NCBI GenBank assembly: GCA_945864585.1
Contig: CAMBCF010000005.1
Span: forward strand, 4,992-68,991
Source of the DNA: Bordetella parapertussis
GTDB lineage: Bacteria; Pseudomonadota; Gammaproteobacteria; Burkholderiales; SG8-41
DNA length: 64,000 nt
Direction: 5' to 3'
In this document: positions 46,892-56,667 of the stretch, one piece after another
Numbering within the stretch: position 1 is the stretch's first letter
Layout of the letters: each line of letters begins with the position of its first letter
Position numbers and translations under genes: made by a program
Notes under the pieces: model-generated
What the model was told of the DNA's origin: nothing
The model's database searches: none
Seen by the model: only the letters and a program-made list of their open reading frames with translations

Positions 46892-47159
46892 TAGGGCCTG
46901 TTAACAATTAATTCGTGAGATGCGTTGCTGTCCCAATCGTCGCTGGCAAGGCGCTTGCCGCAGGCAATATCGCGAATATTGCCAAGGCAAGCAACGCAGC
47001 AAGCGGCGATTGGGGCAGCAACCCGTAGGGCCAGGGCGATTGGGCGGTAGATAGCACAGTTTCCTTGATACGCCACAGCGATATGATTTCCATCGGCTCT
47101 TTATTTACCAAACCCAATCGTCCCTGGCGCGCTCGCGAATTAATTGTTAACAGGCCCTG
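46892..47159. mobile_element. MITE-like 268-bp element bounded by 23-24-bp terminal inverted repeats
   Basis: TAGGGCCTGTTAACAATTAATTCG (46892-46915) and its reverse complement CGAATTAATTGTTAACAGGCCCT (47136-47158); non-coding interior with sub-hairpins (e.g. GGCAATAT-cgcga-ATATTGCC); no target duplication recognised. Confidence 0.55.
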
Positions 47160-47188
47160 AAAGTCCCTGACAAAATTCACCGATCAGC

Positions 47189-47217
47189 ACTCCATCCTGC
47201 GACGGGCGCACAGTCAA
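47189..47217 (-). promoter_or_regulatory. recurring promoter module, copy A (TTGACT-17-TGGAGT, weak -10)
   Basis: Minus strand: acgcGGTTGACT 47217-47212; separated from the Bug fragment by the MITE-like element. Confidence 0.35.
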
Positions 47218-47350
47218 CCGCGTGAATTTTCACCGCTTAGATTTTCGCCAAGCCCCGATGTTTTCCTGAAAATCTTGACCTGCGAAGCATTGCGCAGCGG
47301 CTAATTTCCGAGCCATCGACGCCTTTTCACCAGCGCAAGCGGAGCCGTAG

Positions 47351-47370
47351 GGCGCAATCCCTATTGCGCC
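47351..47370. repeat. REP-like hairpin GGCGCAAT-ccct-ATTGCGCC preceded by GTAG
   Basis: gtagGGCGCAATccctATTGCGCC; a half copy (ggcgcaatagg) lies at 47397-47407. Confidence 0.55.
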
Positions 47371-47498
47371 GAATAGATGTCGCTGGTGATTCATGCGGCG
47401 CAATAGGACAAGGGAACACTTGAAGCGAAGCATTGCGCCCTTCGCGGTTGACGTGCGCTTGTTTGATGAGCAACGTATGGATACAAGTAGCGTTTGAC

Positions 47499-48824
47499 TC
47501 AAGGTACCAACACCCCCACCAGCCACAGGCTCAGCGCCGGGAAGGTGATGAGCAGCGCGATGCGCACGGCGTCGGCGGCAAGAAATGGAATCACGCCGCG
47601 GTAGGTCTCGGCCATCGGCACATCGCGCGCGTAGCTATTCACTACGTAGACATTGAGTCCCACCGGCGGCGCGATCAGCCCGACTTCGACCACGCACAGC
47701 ACCAGGATGCCGAACCAGATCGCCTTCTGCGTGACGCCCAGCCCGTACAGTTCCAGACCCATCACCGCGGGAAAAATGACGGGGATGGTCAGCAGTATCA
47801 TCGCGAGTTCATCCATCACACAACCGAGCGCGAGATAGAACGCGAGTATGCCGAGCACCACGGCGAGCGGGGGCAGGCTGCTTGCGGCGACGGCCTTGGC
47901 GAATTGCGCCGGCATCTGCGACAGCGCGAGCGCCGAGTTGAGCATGTCAGCGCCGAGAAAAATCATGAAGATCATGCCGGTGGTCACGGCAGTGCCGTAG
48001 AAGCAGCGCATCAGGCCTGCGGTATCGAGCTCGCGCATGGCAAGCGCGACGATCAGCGTGCTCGCAGCGCCCACCGCAGCGCCCTCAGTCGGGGTGAACC
48101 ATCCGCCGTAGATGCCGCCGAACATCAACAAAAAGATGGCCATGATCGGCCACACGCCGCGCAAAGCGGCGAGCAGTTCGGCACGGCCATGGCGCTCGGT
48201 GGCGGGCCCATGATCCGGATACAACTTTACGTAGATCGCAATTGCGGCGAGGTACAGCGCTGCCGCAAGAAAGCCAGGTATGAATGCGGCGGCGAACAGC
48301 TTTGCAATGTTCTGCTCGGTGAGAATGCAGTAAACCACCAGCACCACTGACGGCGGGATCAGAATGCCGAGTGTGCCGCCGGCAGCAAGCGTTGCGGTGG
48401 CCAGCCGGCCGGAGTAACCGTGCCGGCGCATCTCGGGCAGCGCGACCTGCGTCACGGTGGCCGCCGTCGCAACCGAGGAGCCGCAGATCGAGCCGAATAC
48501 GGCGCAGGCGAGTATCGCTGCCATCGCCATCCCGCCGCGAAGATGGCCAATCAGTGCGTTCGCGAGGCTGAACAGCGCTTTGGACAGGCCTCCCTGCGTG
48601 GCGAACTGGCCCATCAACAGGAACAACGGGATCACCGACAAGTCGTGGACCGACAGGCGTGCATAGGCCAAGCCCTTAAGATGGTTGAGCAGTGCATCCG
48701 GGCTTGCCTGCGCCACATAACCGATTGCGCCCGCGACGAACATGGCGATCGCGATCGGCACGCGCAACGCCATCAGTGCAAGCATCCCCGCGAAGAGTGC
48801 AATGCCGACGCTCAGGGCGCTCAT
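47499..48824 (-). CDS. TRAP transporter large permease (DctM family)
   Basis: ORF 47499-49265 is over-extended; start taken at MSALSVGIALF (48824), giving an ATGA overlap with the DctQ stop; 441 aa polytopic membrane protein. Confidence 0.85.
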   Translation of the reverse strand: MSALSVGIALFAGMLALMALRVPIAIAMFVAGAIGYVAQASPDALLNHLKGLAYARLSVHDLSVIPLFLLMGQFATQGGLSKALFSLANALIGHLRGGMAMAAILACAVFGSICGSSVATAATVTQVALPEMRRHGYSGRLATATLAAGGTLGILIPPSVVLVVYCILTEQNIAKLFAAAFIPGFLAAALYLAAIAIYVKLYPDHGPATERHGRAELLAALRGVWPIMAIFLLMFGGIYGGWFTPTEGAAVGAASTLIVALAMRELDTAGLMRCFYGTAVTTGMIFMIFLGADMLNSALALSQMPAQFAKAVAASSLPPLAVVLGILAFYLALGCVMDELAMILLTIPVIFPAVMGLELYGLGVTQKAIWFGILVLCVVEVGLIAPPVGLNVYVVNSYARDVPMAETYRGVIPFLAADAVRIALLITFPALSLWLVGVLVP

Positions 48825-49330
48825 GCGGTCTTCCATCTGCGCCAGGCGCTGTAGAGGCCGGTGAGCGCGGTGAGCGCGAAGGCTGGCGTCATCAGCGCGT
48901 AGGCATACCACAGCGGCACACTCATGATCATCGAGGTCTCGCCGCCCGCCTTCATCGCCACTGCGCCAGCGCCCGTACGCCAGGCCACTAGCGCCATGAC
49001 CACGGCGAGCAGCACGGCGCCGAGCGCATCGAGCACACCCCGCGTTCGCGGTCGCGCGCGCAGGGTGAAGAAATCCACGATGATATTGCCTTGATTGAGC
49101 TGGCAATAAGGCAGAAAAAAAGCGATCGCCACCGCACAGCCAAACTGCACCAGCTCGAAGTCGCCCTGGATCGGCCGGCCCATCATGCGCCCGCCGATCG
49201 AAGCGACCGACATCAACACCAGCGCCGACAGCACGGCGCCCCCGAGAAGCGCGAGGAGTTTGCACGCCGCCCCGAGCGCGCGGCCAAGCGTAGCTGCCGC
49301 CTGCGCGTGAATCTCTTCAGATATCTGCAA
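48821..49330 (-). CDS. TRAP transporter small permease (DctQ family)
   Basis: 169 aa, four hydrophobic segments, between DctP and DctM genes. Confidence 0.8.
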   Translation of the reverse strand: MQISEEIHAQAAATLGRALGAACKLLALLGGAVLSALVLMSVASIGGRMMGRPIQGDFELVQFGCAVAIAFFLPYCQLNQGNIIVDFFTLRARPRTRGVLDALGAVLLAVVMALVAWRTGAGAVAMKAGGETSMIMSVPLWYAYALMTPAFALTALTGLYSAWRRWKTA

Positions 49331-49357
49331 CGTAAAGCCGGCGGCTGAGAAGCAGCG

Positions 49358-50392
49358 CTATTTCGTATACTTCTGGATCAGCGCGCGCGCGGACTCGATC
49401 AACGCCTTGCCATCGTGGCCCTTGGCACCCATATCCTTGATCCACTCGTCGGCGATCGGCTGCGCCACTTTGCGCCAGTTTTCCAGCTCGGCTGCCGGGA
49501 CGGTGTAGAACTGGTTACCGCGCGCCTGCGCGAGCTTGCGGCCAGGCACGTCCGCTTCCTGAAACACCTTGCCGATCCACGCCGAAAGCTCCGCGCCCGA
49601 ATTCTGATCGATCACCTTTTTCAGGTCCGGCGGCAGAGCGTTGTACTTGGCGGGATTCATCGCGAAAATGAAGGTAGAGGTGTACAGCGCGAGAAATTTG
49701 GCGTCGGTTTCGGTGTGGAATTTGGTCAATTCTTCCACCTTTACCGCCGGCACCACCTCCCACGGAATCACCGCACCGTCTATCACGCCCCTGCTGAGCG
49801 CCTCCGGTACCTGCGGCACCGGCATGCCCACGGGGGTGGCGCCCATTGCACCGATCAGCTTGTTGGTAAGCCGGGTTGGCGCGCGCACCTTGACGCCCTT
49901 CATGTCGGCAAGCGTGCGGATCTGCTTCTCACGCATGTGGATGTAGCCCGGCCCGTGGACGTGGAATGCCAGCGGATGCACGTCCTTGAATTCGCCCCTG
50001 GCGTGCTGTTGCACGTAAAGCCACAACGCGCGCGAGGTGGCCTCGGCGTTGGTCATCGTGAACGGCAACTCGAACGCCTCGATAAGCGGGAAGCGGCCCG
50101 CGGTGTAGCCGGGCAGGGTCCACACGATATCGGCGACGCCGTCTTTCGCCTGGTCATAGAGCTGCGGCGGTGCGCCGCCCAGTTGCATCGAGGGATAAAT
50201 CTGGCACGCCAGCCTGCCGCCGGATTCCTTGCCGATCTTCTCGCACCAGGGAACAATGAATTTGGCGTGTGCGGTGGATGGCAGCGGAAGGAAGTGGTGT
50301 ATCTTGAGCGTCACCTCCTGCGATCGCGCGACACCTGCGAATCCGCTGGTGAATGCGAAGAGCAGGACAAGAATTGTGTATTTGAGTTTCAT
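49358..50392 (-). CDS. TRAP transporter substrate-binding protein (DctP family)
   Basis: ORF 49358-50440; start taken at MKLKYTILVLLFAF (signal peptide). Confidence 0.85.
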   Translation of the reverse strand: MKLKYTILVLLFAFTSGFAGVARSQEVTLKIHHFLPLPSTAHAKFIVPWCEKIGKESGGRLACQIYPSMQLGGAPPQLYDQAKDGVADIVWTLPGYTAGRFPLIEAFELPFTMTNAEATSRALWLYVQQHARGEFKDVHPLAFHVHGPGYIHMREKQIRTLADMKGVKVRAPTRLTNKLIGAMGATPVGMPVPQVPEALSRGVIDGAVIPWEVVPAVKVEELTKFHTETDAKFLALYTSTFIFAMNPAKYNALPPDLKKVIDQNSGAELSAWIGKVFQEADVPGRKLAQARGNQFYTVPAAELENWRKVAQPIADEWIKDMGAKGHDGKALIESARALIQKYTK

Positions 50393-50394
50393 AG

Positions 50395-51639
<1,245 letters not shown>

Positions 51640-52818
51640 TCAAACGGCCCACGGCAGCCCAACGTAGTTCTCCGCGAGGGTTGTGGCGGCGGCCCGCGAG
51701 CTTATGACGTATTCGAGCTGTGAGCGCTGCAGGCGCTGCTGGAACGCGTCGTCCTCCGGGAAACGGTGCAGCATGGAAGTCATCCACCACGAGAAATGCT
51801 CCACCCGCCAGACACGTTTCAGGCAGGTCGCGGAATAGGCATCAAGGAGCTCACTGCGCCCCGTAGCGAAGTATGCCGCGAGCGCCGGGGCCAGCACCCG
51901 CACATCAGCCACCGCGAGATTGAGTCCCTTGGCGCCGGTGGGCGGCACGATATGCGCGGCGTCACCGGCAAGGTAGAGCCTGCCGTAGCGCATCGGCTCG
52001 ACGACGAAGCTGCGCATCTCCGTGATGTTCTTCGACAGCACCGGGCCTTCGGTGAGCTGCCAGCCGTCGTCGGTCGCGAGCCTCACCCGCAACTCCTGCC
52101 AGATGCGCTCGTCAGGCCAGTTCGCAACATCCTCGTCCGCTGCGACCTGCAGGAAATGCCGCGTGAGCGCCGGCGAGCGCCGGTTGAAAAACCCGAAACC
52201 GCGCTCGTGCCAGGCGTAGACCGTCTCTTGTTCCGGGGTCGCTGCCTCCACCAGGATGCCGAGCCAGCCGAACGGGTAGACGCGCTCGAACACGCTCAGC
52301 GCACCCGCCGGTATCGACGGACGGCAGACACCGTGAAAGCCGTCGCAGCCGGCGATGAAATCACAAGCGAGCTCCACTGGCTCACCGTTCCTGCTGAAGT
52401 GGATGCGGGACGAAGCTGAGTCCAAGTCACTCACGCTCACGTCCTCGACCTCGAAAAGAATTTGGCCGCCTGCGGCAAGGCGCGCCTCAACCAGATCCTT
52501 CACGATCTCCTGCTGGGCGTAGATGGTGTAGGGGCGCCCGCCGGAGAGCTCCTTCAGGTTGAGGGGATGGCGTCTGCCGCCGAATCGCAGCTCGATGCTG
52601 TCGCGGACTATGCATTCCCGCCGCAGCCGTTCGCCGACGCCCGACGCCGTCAGCAGGTCCACCGTGCCCTGCTCGAGCACGCCCGCCCGCACGCGCTGCT
52701 CGATGTAGTCGCGGCTGCGGTTTTCGATGACAACCGACTCGACACCCTGCAAGTGCAGCAGATGCGAGAGCAACAACCCGGCCGGCCCGGCGCCGACGAT
52801 GGCGACTTGAGTACGCAC
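51640..52818 (-). CDS. pobA: 4-hydroxybenzoate 3-monooxygenase, canonical-looking paralog
   Basis: 392 aa; [58 protein letters not shown]. Confidence 0.9.
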   Translation of the reverse strand: MRTQVAIVGAGPAGLLLSHLLHLQGVESVVIENRSRDYIEQRVRAGVLEQGTVDLLTASGVGERLRRECIVRDSIELRFGGRRHPLNLKELSGGRPYTIYAQQEIVKDLVEARLAAGGQILFEVEDVSVSDLDSASSRIHFSRNGEPVELACDFIAGCDGFHGVCRPSIPAGALSVFERVYPFGWLGILVEAATPEQETVYAWHERGFGFFNRRSPALTRHFLQVAADEDVANWPDERIWQELRVRLATDDGWQLTEGPVLSKNITEMRSFVVEPMRYGRLYLAGDAAHIVPPTGAKGLNLAVADVRVLAPALAAYFATGRSELLDAYSATCLKRVWRVEHFSWWMTSMLHRFPEDDAFQQRLQRSQLEYVISSRAAATTLAENYVGLPWAV

Positions 52819-52829
52819 GCGCTGTCCGC

Positions 52830-53474
52830 TTATTCGAGCTTGATGTCGAACATCATCATGACGTGGCCGCCCATCATGTCCTGGAGCGCCGGTGCGGCGC
52901 CCTTGTACGGCACGTGGACGATGTCGGCCTTGGTGGTCAGCTTGAACAATTCCCCGGCGATAGGGCCCGAGCTGCCGACACCCTGCGAGGCGTAAGTCAA
53001 TTCGCCTCGCCTCGCCGTGGCGAGCGCGATCAACTCTTTGACCGATTTCGCCGGCACAGAGGGATGCACCACCAGCACGTTCGGCACGGCCGCCATCAGG
53101 ATGATCGGGCTGAAATCCTTCACCGCGTCATACGGCAATTTGGCGACGAGGTGCGGGAGTATCGCGTTGGTGGCGTGGAATCCTGCGAACAGCGTGTAAC
53201 CATCGGGGGGAGACTTGGCGGCGACCTCGGCCCCGATGATCCCTCCGCCGCCGGTGCGATTGTCCACGATCACCGGCTGCCGGGTCGCAGCAGGCATTTT
53301 CTGCGCGAGCGCGCGCGACAGCAGGTCGGCCATCCCGCCGGGGGCGAGCGGCACGATGATGCGCACCGGCTTGGCCGGATACTCCTGGCCATGTGCCGGA
53401 ATGACAGCCGTGAGCCAAACTACACCTGCGGCCGATACCGCGAGCGCAGCGCTGCCTCGACGAACAATGGTCAT
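52830..53474 (-). pseudogene. Bug/TctC-family receptor, 3'-truncated (about 214 of 320 codons)
   Basis: ORF 52830-53576; from MTIVRRGSAAL signal peptide through ..HVPYKGAAPALQDMMGGHVMMMFD then stop 12 nt before the pobA start; C-terminal about 100 residues absent. Confidence 0.65.
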
Positions 53475-53555
53475 GACGGTCCCCCGTATTCTTCTATGAA
53501 CTTTCCCCCACATCCTGCGCGACATCGTTTCGAACACCATTTTCCACCAGCAGGC

Positions 53556-53584
53556 AATGTATCCGCCGCACTGCAAACGGTCAA
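53556..53584 (-). promoter_or_regulatory. recurring promoter module, copy C (TTGACC-17-TACATT)
   Basis: Minus strand: TTGACC 53584-53579, TACATT 53561-53556; 82 nt upstream of the Bug fragment start; 48/63 nt identical to copy B. Confidence 0.5.
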
Positions 53585-53595
53585 CTGCGCATAAG

Positions 53596-54567
53596 TCAGT
53601 CGATGGTGATGCCCGTTTGTTTGATCATCTTCTCCCACCGCGCAACATCGGCGCGCAGAAAAGCGGCGAACTCCTCCGGCGTACTGGGCGATACCATGCC
53701 GCCTTCGAACTGAAGACTCTTCTGCACCTCGGGCATTGCCAACACTTTTACGACCTCTCGATTCAGGCGTGTGACCACTTCCCTCGGCACCTTGGCCGGT
53801 GCCAGCAGGCCATGCCAAAGAATCGTCTCGAACCCGGGCATACCGGATTCTGCGACCGTCGGAACGTCGGGAAATAAATGTGATCGTTTCACACCGGTTA
53901 CGGCCAGCAGTCTCGCCCTGCCATCCCTCGCATAAGTTAACGCTGAGACCATGGACGTGATCATGTAGGACACGCGTCCGGCATATAAATCGAGCATGCC
54001 TGGCCCACCGCCTTTATACGGAACATGCAAGGTATTGATGCCCATTGCGCCATTGAAGAAAGCCCCGAGAACGTGGCTGCTGCCCGCGGTACCCGCCGAT
54101 GCAAAGGTCAATGCTCCGGGATTTGCCTTTGCGGCTGCGATGAGATCTTTTAGCGACCGCAGCGGCGACTTATCGTTAACCACAAACACCTGCGGCGTAC
54201 GCACCACCAGCGAGATCGGCGCAAAGGCGGTGAGCGTGTCAAAGTTTTTCTGCTTGCGCACCGCCTGGCCAACCACGAGATTGCCGTCTTGCCCCAAAAC
54301 AATCGTGTAGCCATCCGCAGCCGCATTCGCTGCGATCTCCGCACCTAACGCACCCGCAGCACCGGCTCGATTGTCGAGCACTAATTGCTGTCCCAGCGCT
54401 TCAGAAAGCTTGATACTGATGATGCGCGAGTAGGTGTCGGTGCTGCCGCCGGGCGGAAACGGCACGATGAGCCGAATCGGGCGATAAGGATAAGATTGCG
54501 CCAATGCCGGCGCTGCGACGGAAAACAGCGCCCACACCGTGATGCCAAAACCGAAAACGCGTTTCAT
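53596..54567 (-). CDS. Bug/TctC-family tripartite tricarboxylate transporter substrate-binding protein (intact)
   Basis: 323 aa; signal peptide, YPYRPIRLIVPFPPGGSTD..DNRAGAAGALG..HVPYKGGGPGM. Confidence 0.9.
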   Translation of the reverse strand: MKRVFGFGITVWALFSVAAPALAQSYPYRPIRLIVPFPPGGSTDTYSRIISIKLSEALGQQLVLDNRAGAAGALGAEIAANAAADGYTIVLGQDGNLVVGQAVRKQKNFDTLTAFAPISLVVRTPQVFVVNDKSPLRSLKDLIAAAKANPGALTFASAGTAGSSHVLGAFFNGAMGINTLHVPYKGGGPGMLDLYAGRVSYMITSMVSALTYARDGRARLLAVTGVKRSHLFPDVPTVAESGMPGFETILWHGLLAPAKVPREVVTRLNREVVKVLAMPEVQKSLQFEGGMVSPSTPEEFAAFLRADVARWEKMIKQTGITID

Positions 54568-54593
54568 CGCAAAGTTTCCCCGACACCTTTGCG

Positions 54594-55421
54594 CTACGGC
54601 GCGAACGGCAGCCCGCGCTTGTGCTGGGTGTTGTCGTAAGTGCGGACGATGACCGCATAGACATCGTCGCTGACCTTCTGGCCGTGCAGAAAAGCATCGA
54701 TCTGGGCATAGGTGATGCCATGAGCCTCTTCATCGGGCTTACCCGGGCGCAGTTCCTCGAGGTCGGCGGTAGGCACTTTTTCCACCAGATTTTCCGGCGC
54801 CCCCAGATGCCGGGCGATAGCCCGCACCTGCTTTTTAACCAGGCCGGCAAGGGGTGTCAGGTCGCATGCGCCATCACCGAACTTGGTGAAGAAACCCATC
54901 ACCGCTTCGGCCGCGTGGTCGGTGCCGATCACCAGCCCGTTGTTGGCGTTGGCGATGGTGTACTGGGCAACCATGCGCATGCGTGCTTTGGCGTTGCCGA
55001 CGACAAAATCGCGGCGCGCGGCGCTTAGCGCGTGCAAATGGGTAACCTCTTCGTATAGGCCGAGGACGGCGCCAGCGATATTTACCGTGTCTTCGGCATC
55101 GGCGCGGATGAATTTCAACGAGGCGGCAGCGTCCTGCTCATCGTGCTGGATGTTGTAGGGCAGACGCACGGCGATAAAACGGTAGTCGTTGTCACCGGTC
55201 TCGGCGCGCAGCTCTTGCACCGAAAGTTGCGCCAGACGCCCGGCGGTCATCGAGTCGACGCCGCCGCTGATGCCCAGCACCAGCACCTTGACGCGCGCGT
55301 GGCGCAGGCATTGCTTGATGAACGCCTTGCGCCGGTCGATCTCGGCAGCCATGGCTGCGGTATCGGCGAAAGGCGGTACCACGTTGAGTGCAGCGGCGAT
55401 TTCAATTTGACGATTGGTCAT
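54594..55421 (-). CDS. nadE: ammonia-dependent NAD+ synthetase
   Basis: 275 aa; ..[19 protein letters not shown].. PP-loop. Confidence 0.9.
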   Translation of the reverse strand: MTNRQIEIAAALNVVPPFADTAAMAAEIDRRKAFIKQCLRHARVKVLVLGISGGVDSMTAGRLAQLSVQELRAETGDNDYRFIAVRLPYNIQHDEQDAAASLKFIRADAEDTVNIAGAVLGLYEEVTHLHALSAARRDFVVGNAKARMRMVAQYTIANANNGLVIGTDHAAEAVMGFFTKFGDGACDLTPLAGLVKKQVRAIARHLGAPENLVEKVPTADLEELRPGKPDEEAHGITYAQIDAFLHGQKVSDDVYAVIVRTYDNTQHKRGLPFAP

Positions 55422-55451
55422 GTCGGAATGGATAGGCTATCAGAATGTCAC

Positions 55452-55480
55452 AATCTATCCGGCGACAGGCGAACAGTCAA
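55452..55480 (-). promoter_or_regulatory. recurring promoter module, copy D (TTGACT-17-TAGATT)
   Basis: Minus strand: TTGACT 55480-55475, TAGATT 55457-55452; 31 nt upstream of the nadE ATG. Confidence 0.55.
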
Positions 55481-55544
55481 CCCAAAACATGGGTAGAGTG
55501 AGGACAGGCTTGCGCCTGCCCTCTAGTCTACCTATTGCTTCGCG

Positions 55545-56006
55545 TCACTTTGGCTGGGCCTCGATCACAATGTTTGCCAGAGCCTTCGGATCGAGCGGCA
55601 GTTCCTTGTCGCCCGCCGGTATGCCGCTGACGGCGAGCATGTGCGCGATAGCGTCCAGGCTTTGCTGGTCGGTGAGCGTGCCCGGGGCGTCGGGCGGCAT
55701 CGTGTGACGCACAATCGCGAAAAGTGCCGCAACGTTCCCGCCTGCCCATTTTCGGAAAAAAGTGGTTCCAGCAATCGCGGGCGAGGGTGGCATCTCGGAC
55801 TGGCCCGCGCCGCTCAGCCGCGGGCCGTGGCACATGGCGCAAACGTCCGCATGAATCTCCTCGCCGCGCTTGTTCTGGGCTGCCGTATAGACGCCGCTCC
55901 ACACCGATACCGGCTTCACTGACTGGGCATCGCCGCCTGCGGTGACGCAAGCCAGCGCAACGCCGCTCATAAACGCGATCTGCCGGGCCCATGCGCCCCG
56001 TTTCAT
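55545..56006 (-). CDS. monoheme c-type cytochrome (periplasmic)
   Basis: ORF 55545-56084; start taken at MKRGAWARQIAF (signal peptide; ATGA overlap with upstream stop); single CAMCH heme motif. Confidence 0.8.
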   Translation of the reverse strand: MKRGAWARQIAFMSGVALACVTAGGDAQSVKPVSVWSGVYTAAQNKRGEEIHADVCAMCHGPRLSGAGQSEMPPSPAIAGTTFFRKWAGGNVAALFAIVRHTMPPDAPGTLTDQQSLDAIAHMLAVSGIPAGDKELPLDPKALANIVIEAQPK

Positions 56007-56662
56007 TCGGGCTCCTCGTCCGGCTGATCGGCGTCCAGCTCCGCGCTGGTGACCATGTCGGCGGTCACCACGATGCTGGCGCACGCCGGCAGGTACCGGG
56101 ACCCGGACACCAGGATGTCGTACTGGCCGCTGGCAACTTTCACTCTCGCAATCCCGTTGCTGTCGGTCACCGCCCGGTACGGATGCATGACCACGCGCGC
56201 GCCCTTGATCGGAGTTTGCTTCTCCCTGTCAACGGCTCTGACCGTGACTTCGCAATCGGGAGCCGTGACAACGCGAACAATCAAGGGGAACGAGCCGGGT
56301 GCATGCGACAGCTCCGCATCCCAGCCGGTCATCTTCGCCTCCCATGGATGGCTTCCGGCCTCGCGCGGGGCTCTGGCTTCGACCTCTGCGAAATAGAGAG
56401 CCTGCGTACCCGGCCAGACATCGTGGCCGAGCTTCACCGTGCAGGCCAGTGAGCCTTCGTGGTCGACGATGCGCAACTCGCGCCCTCCCAGGTCGCATCC
56501 CGCCGAGCACCTGGCGCCGGCTGCAACCGCAAAGCGCTCGCCCGCCACGGTCGCAGACGGCACATCCCAGACCGTCAGCTCCAGCGCGTGCGCGTCGGGC
56601 GTGGCCTCGACCCCTTGGCCGCCAGGACTCTTCATGGCGCTTTCGCCGGCGAGCGTGAACAT
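56003..56662 (-). CDS. hypothetical protein, possible beta-sandwich (carboxypeptidase-regulatory-like) C-terminal region
   Basis: 219 aa between the flavoprotein and cytochrome genes; ..GARVVMHPYRAVTDSNGIARVKVASGQYDILVS..; no signal peptide recognised. Confidence 0.55.
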   Translation of the reverse strand: MFTLAGESAMKSPGGQGVEATPDAHALELTVWDVPSATVAGERFAVAAGARCSAGCDLGGRELRIVDHEGSLACTVKLGHDVWPGTQALYFAEVEARAPREAGSHPWEAKMTGWDAELSHAPGSFPLIVRVVTAPDCEVTVRAVDREKQTPIKGARVVMHPYRAVTDSNGIARVKVASGQYDILVSGSRYLPACASIVVTADMVTSAELDADQPDEEPE

Positions 56663-56667
56663 CGAAC

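Noticed and set aside
47499-49265. 588-aa version of the DctM permease ORF
   Set aside because: The first 147 codons overlap the DctQ gene in another frame and are Arg-rich junk. The internal start at 48824 gives the classic ATGA coupling and a normal DctM length.
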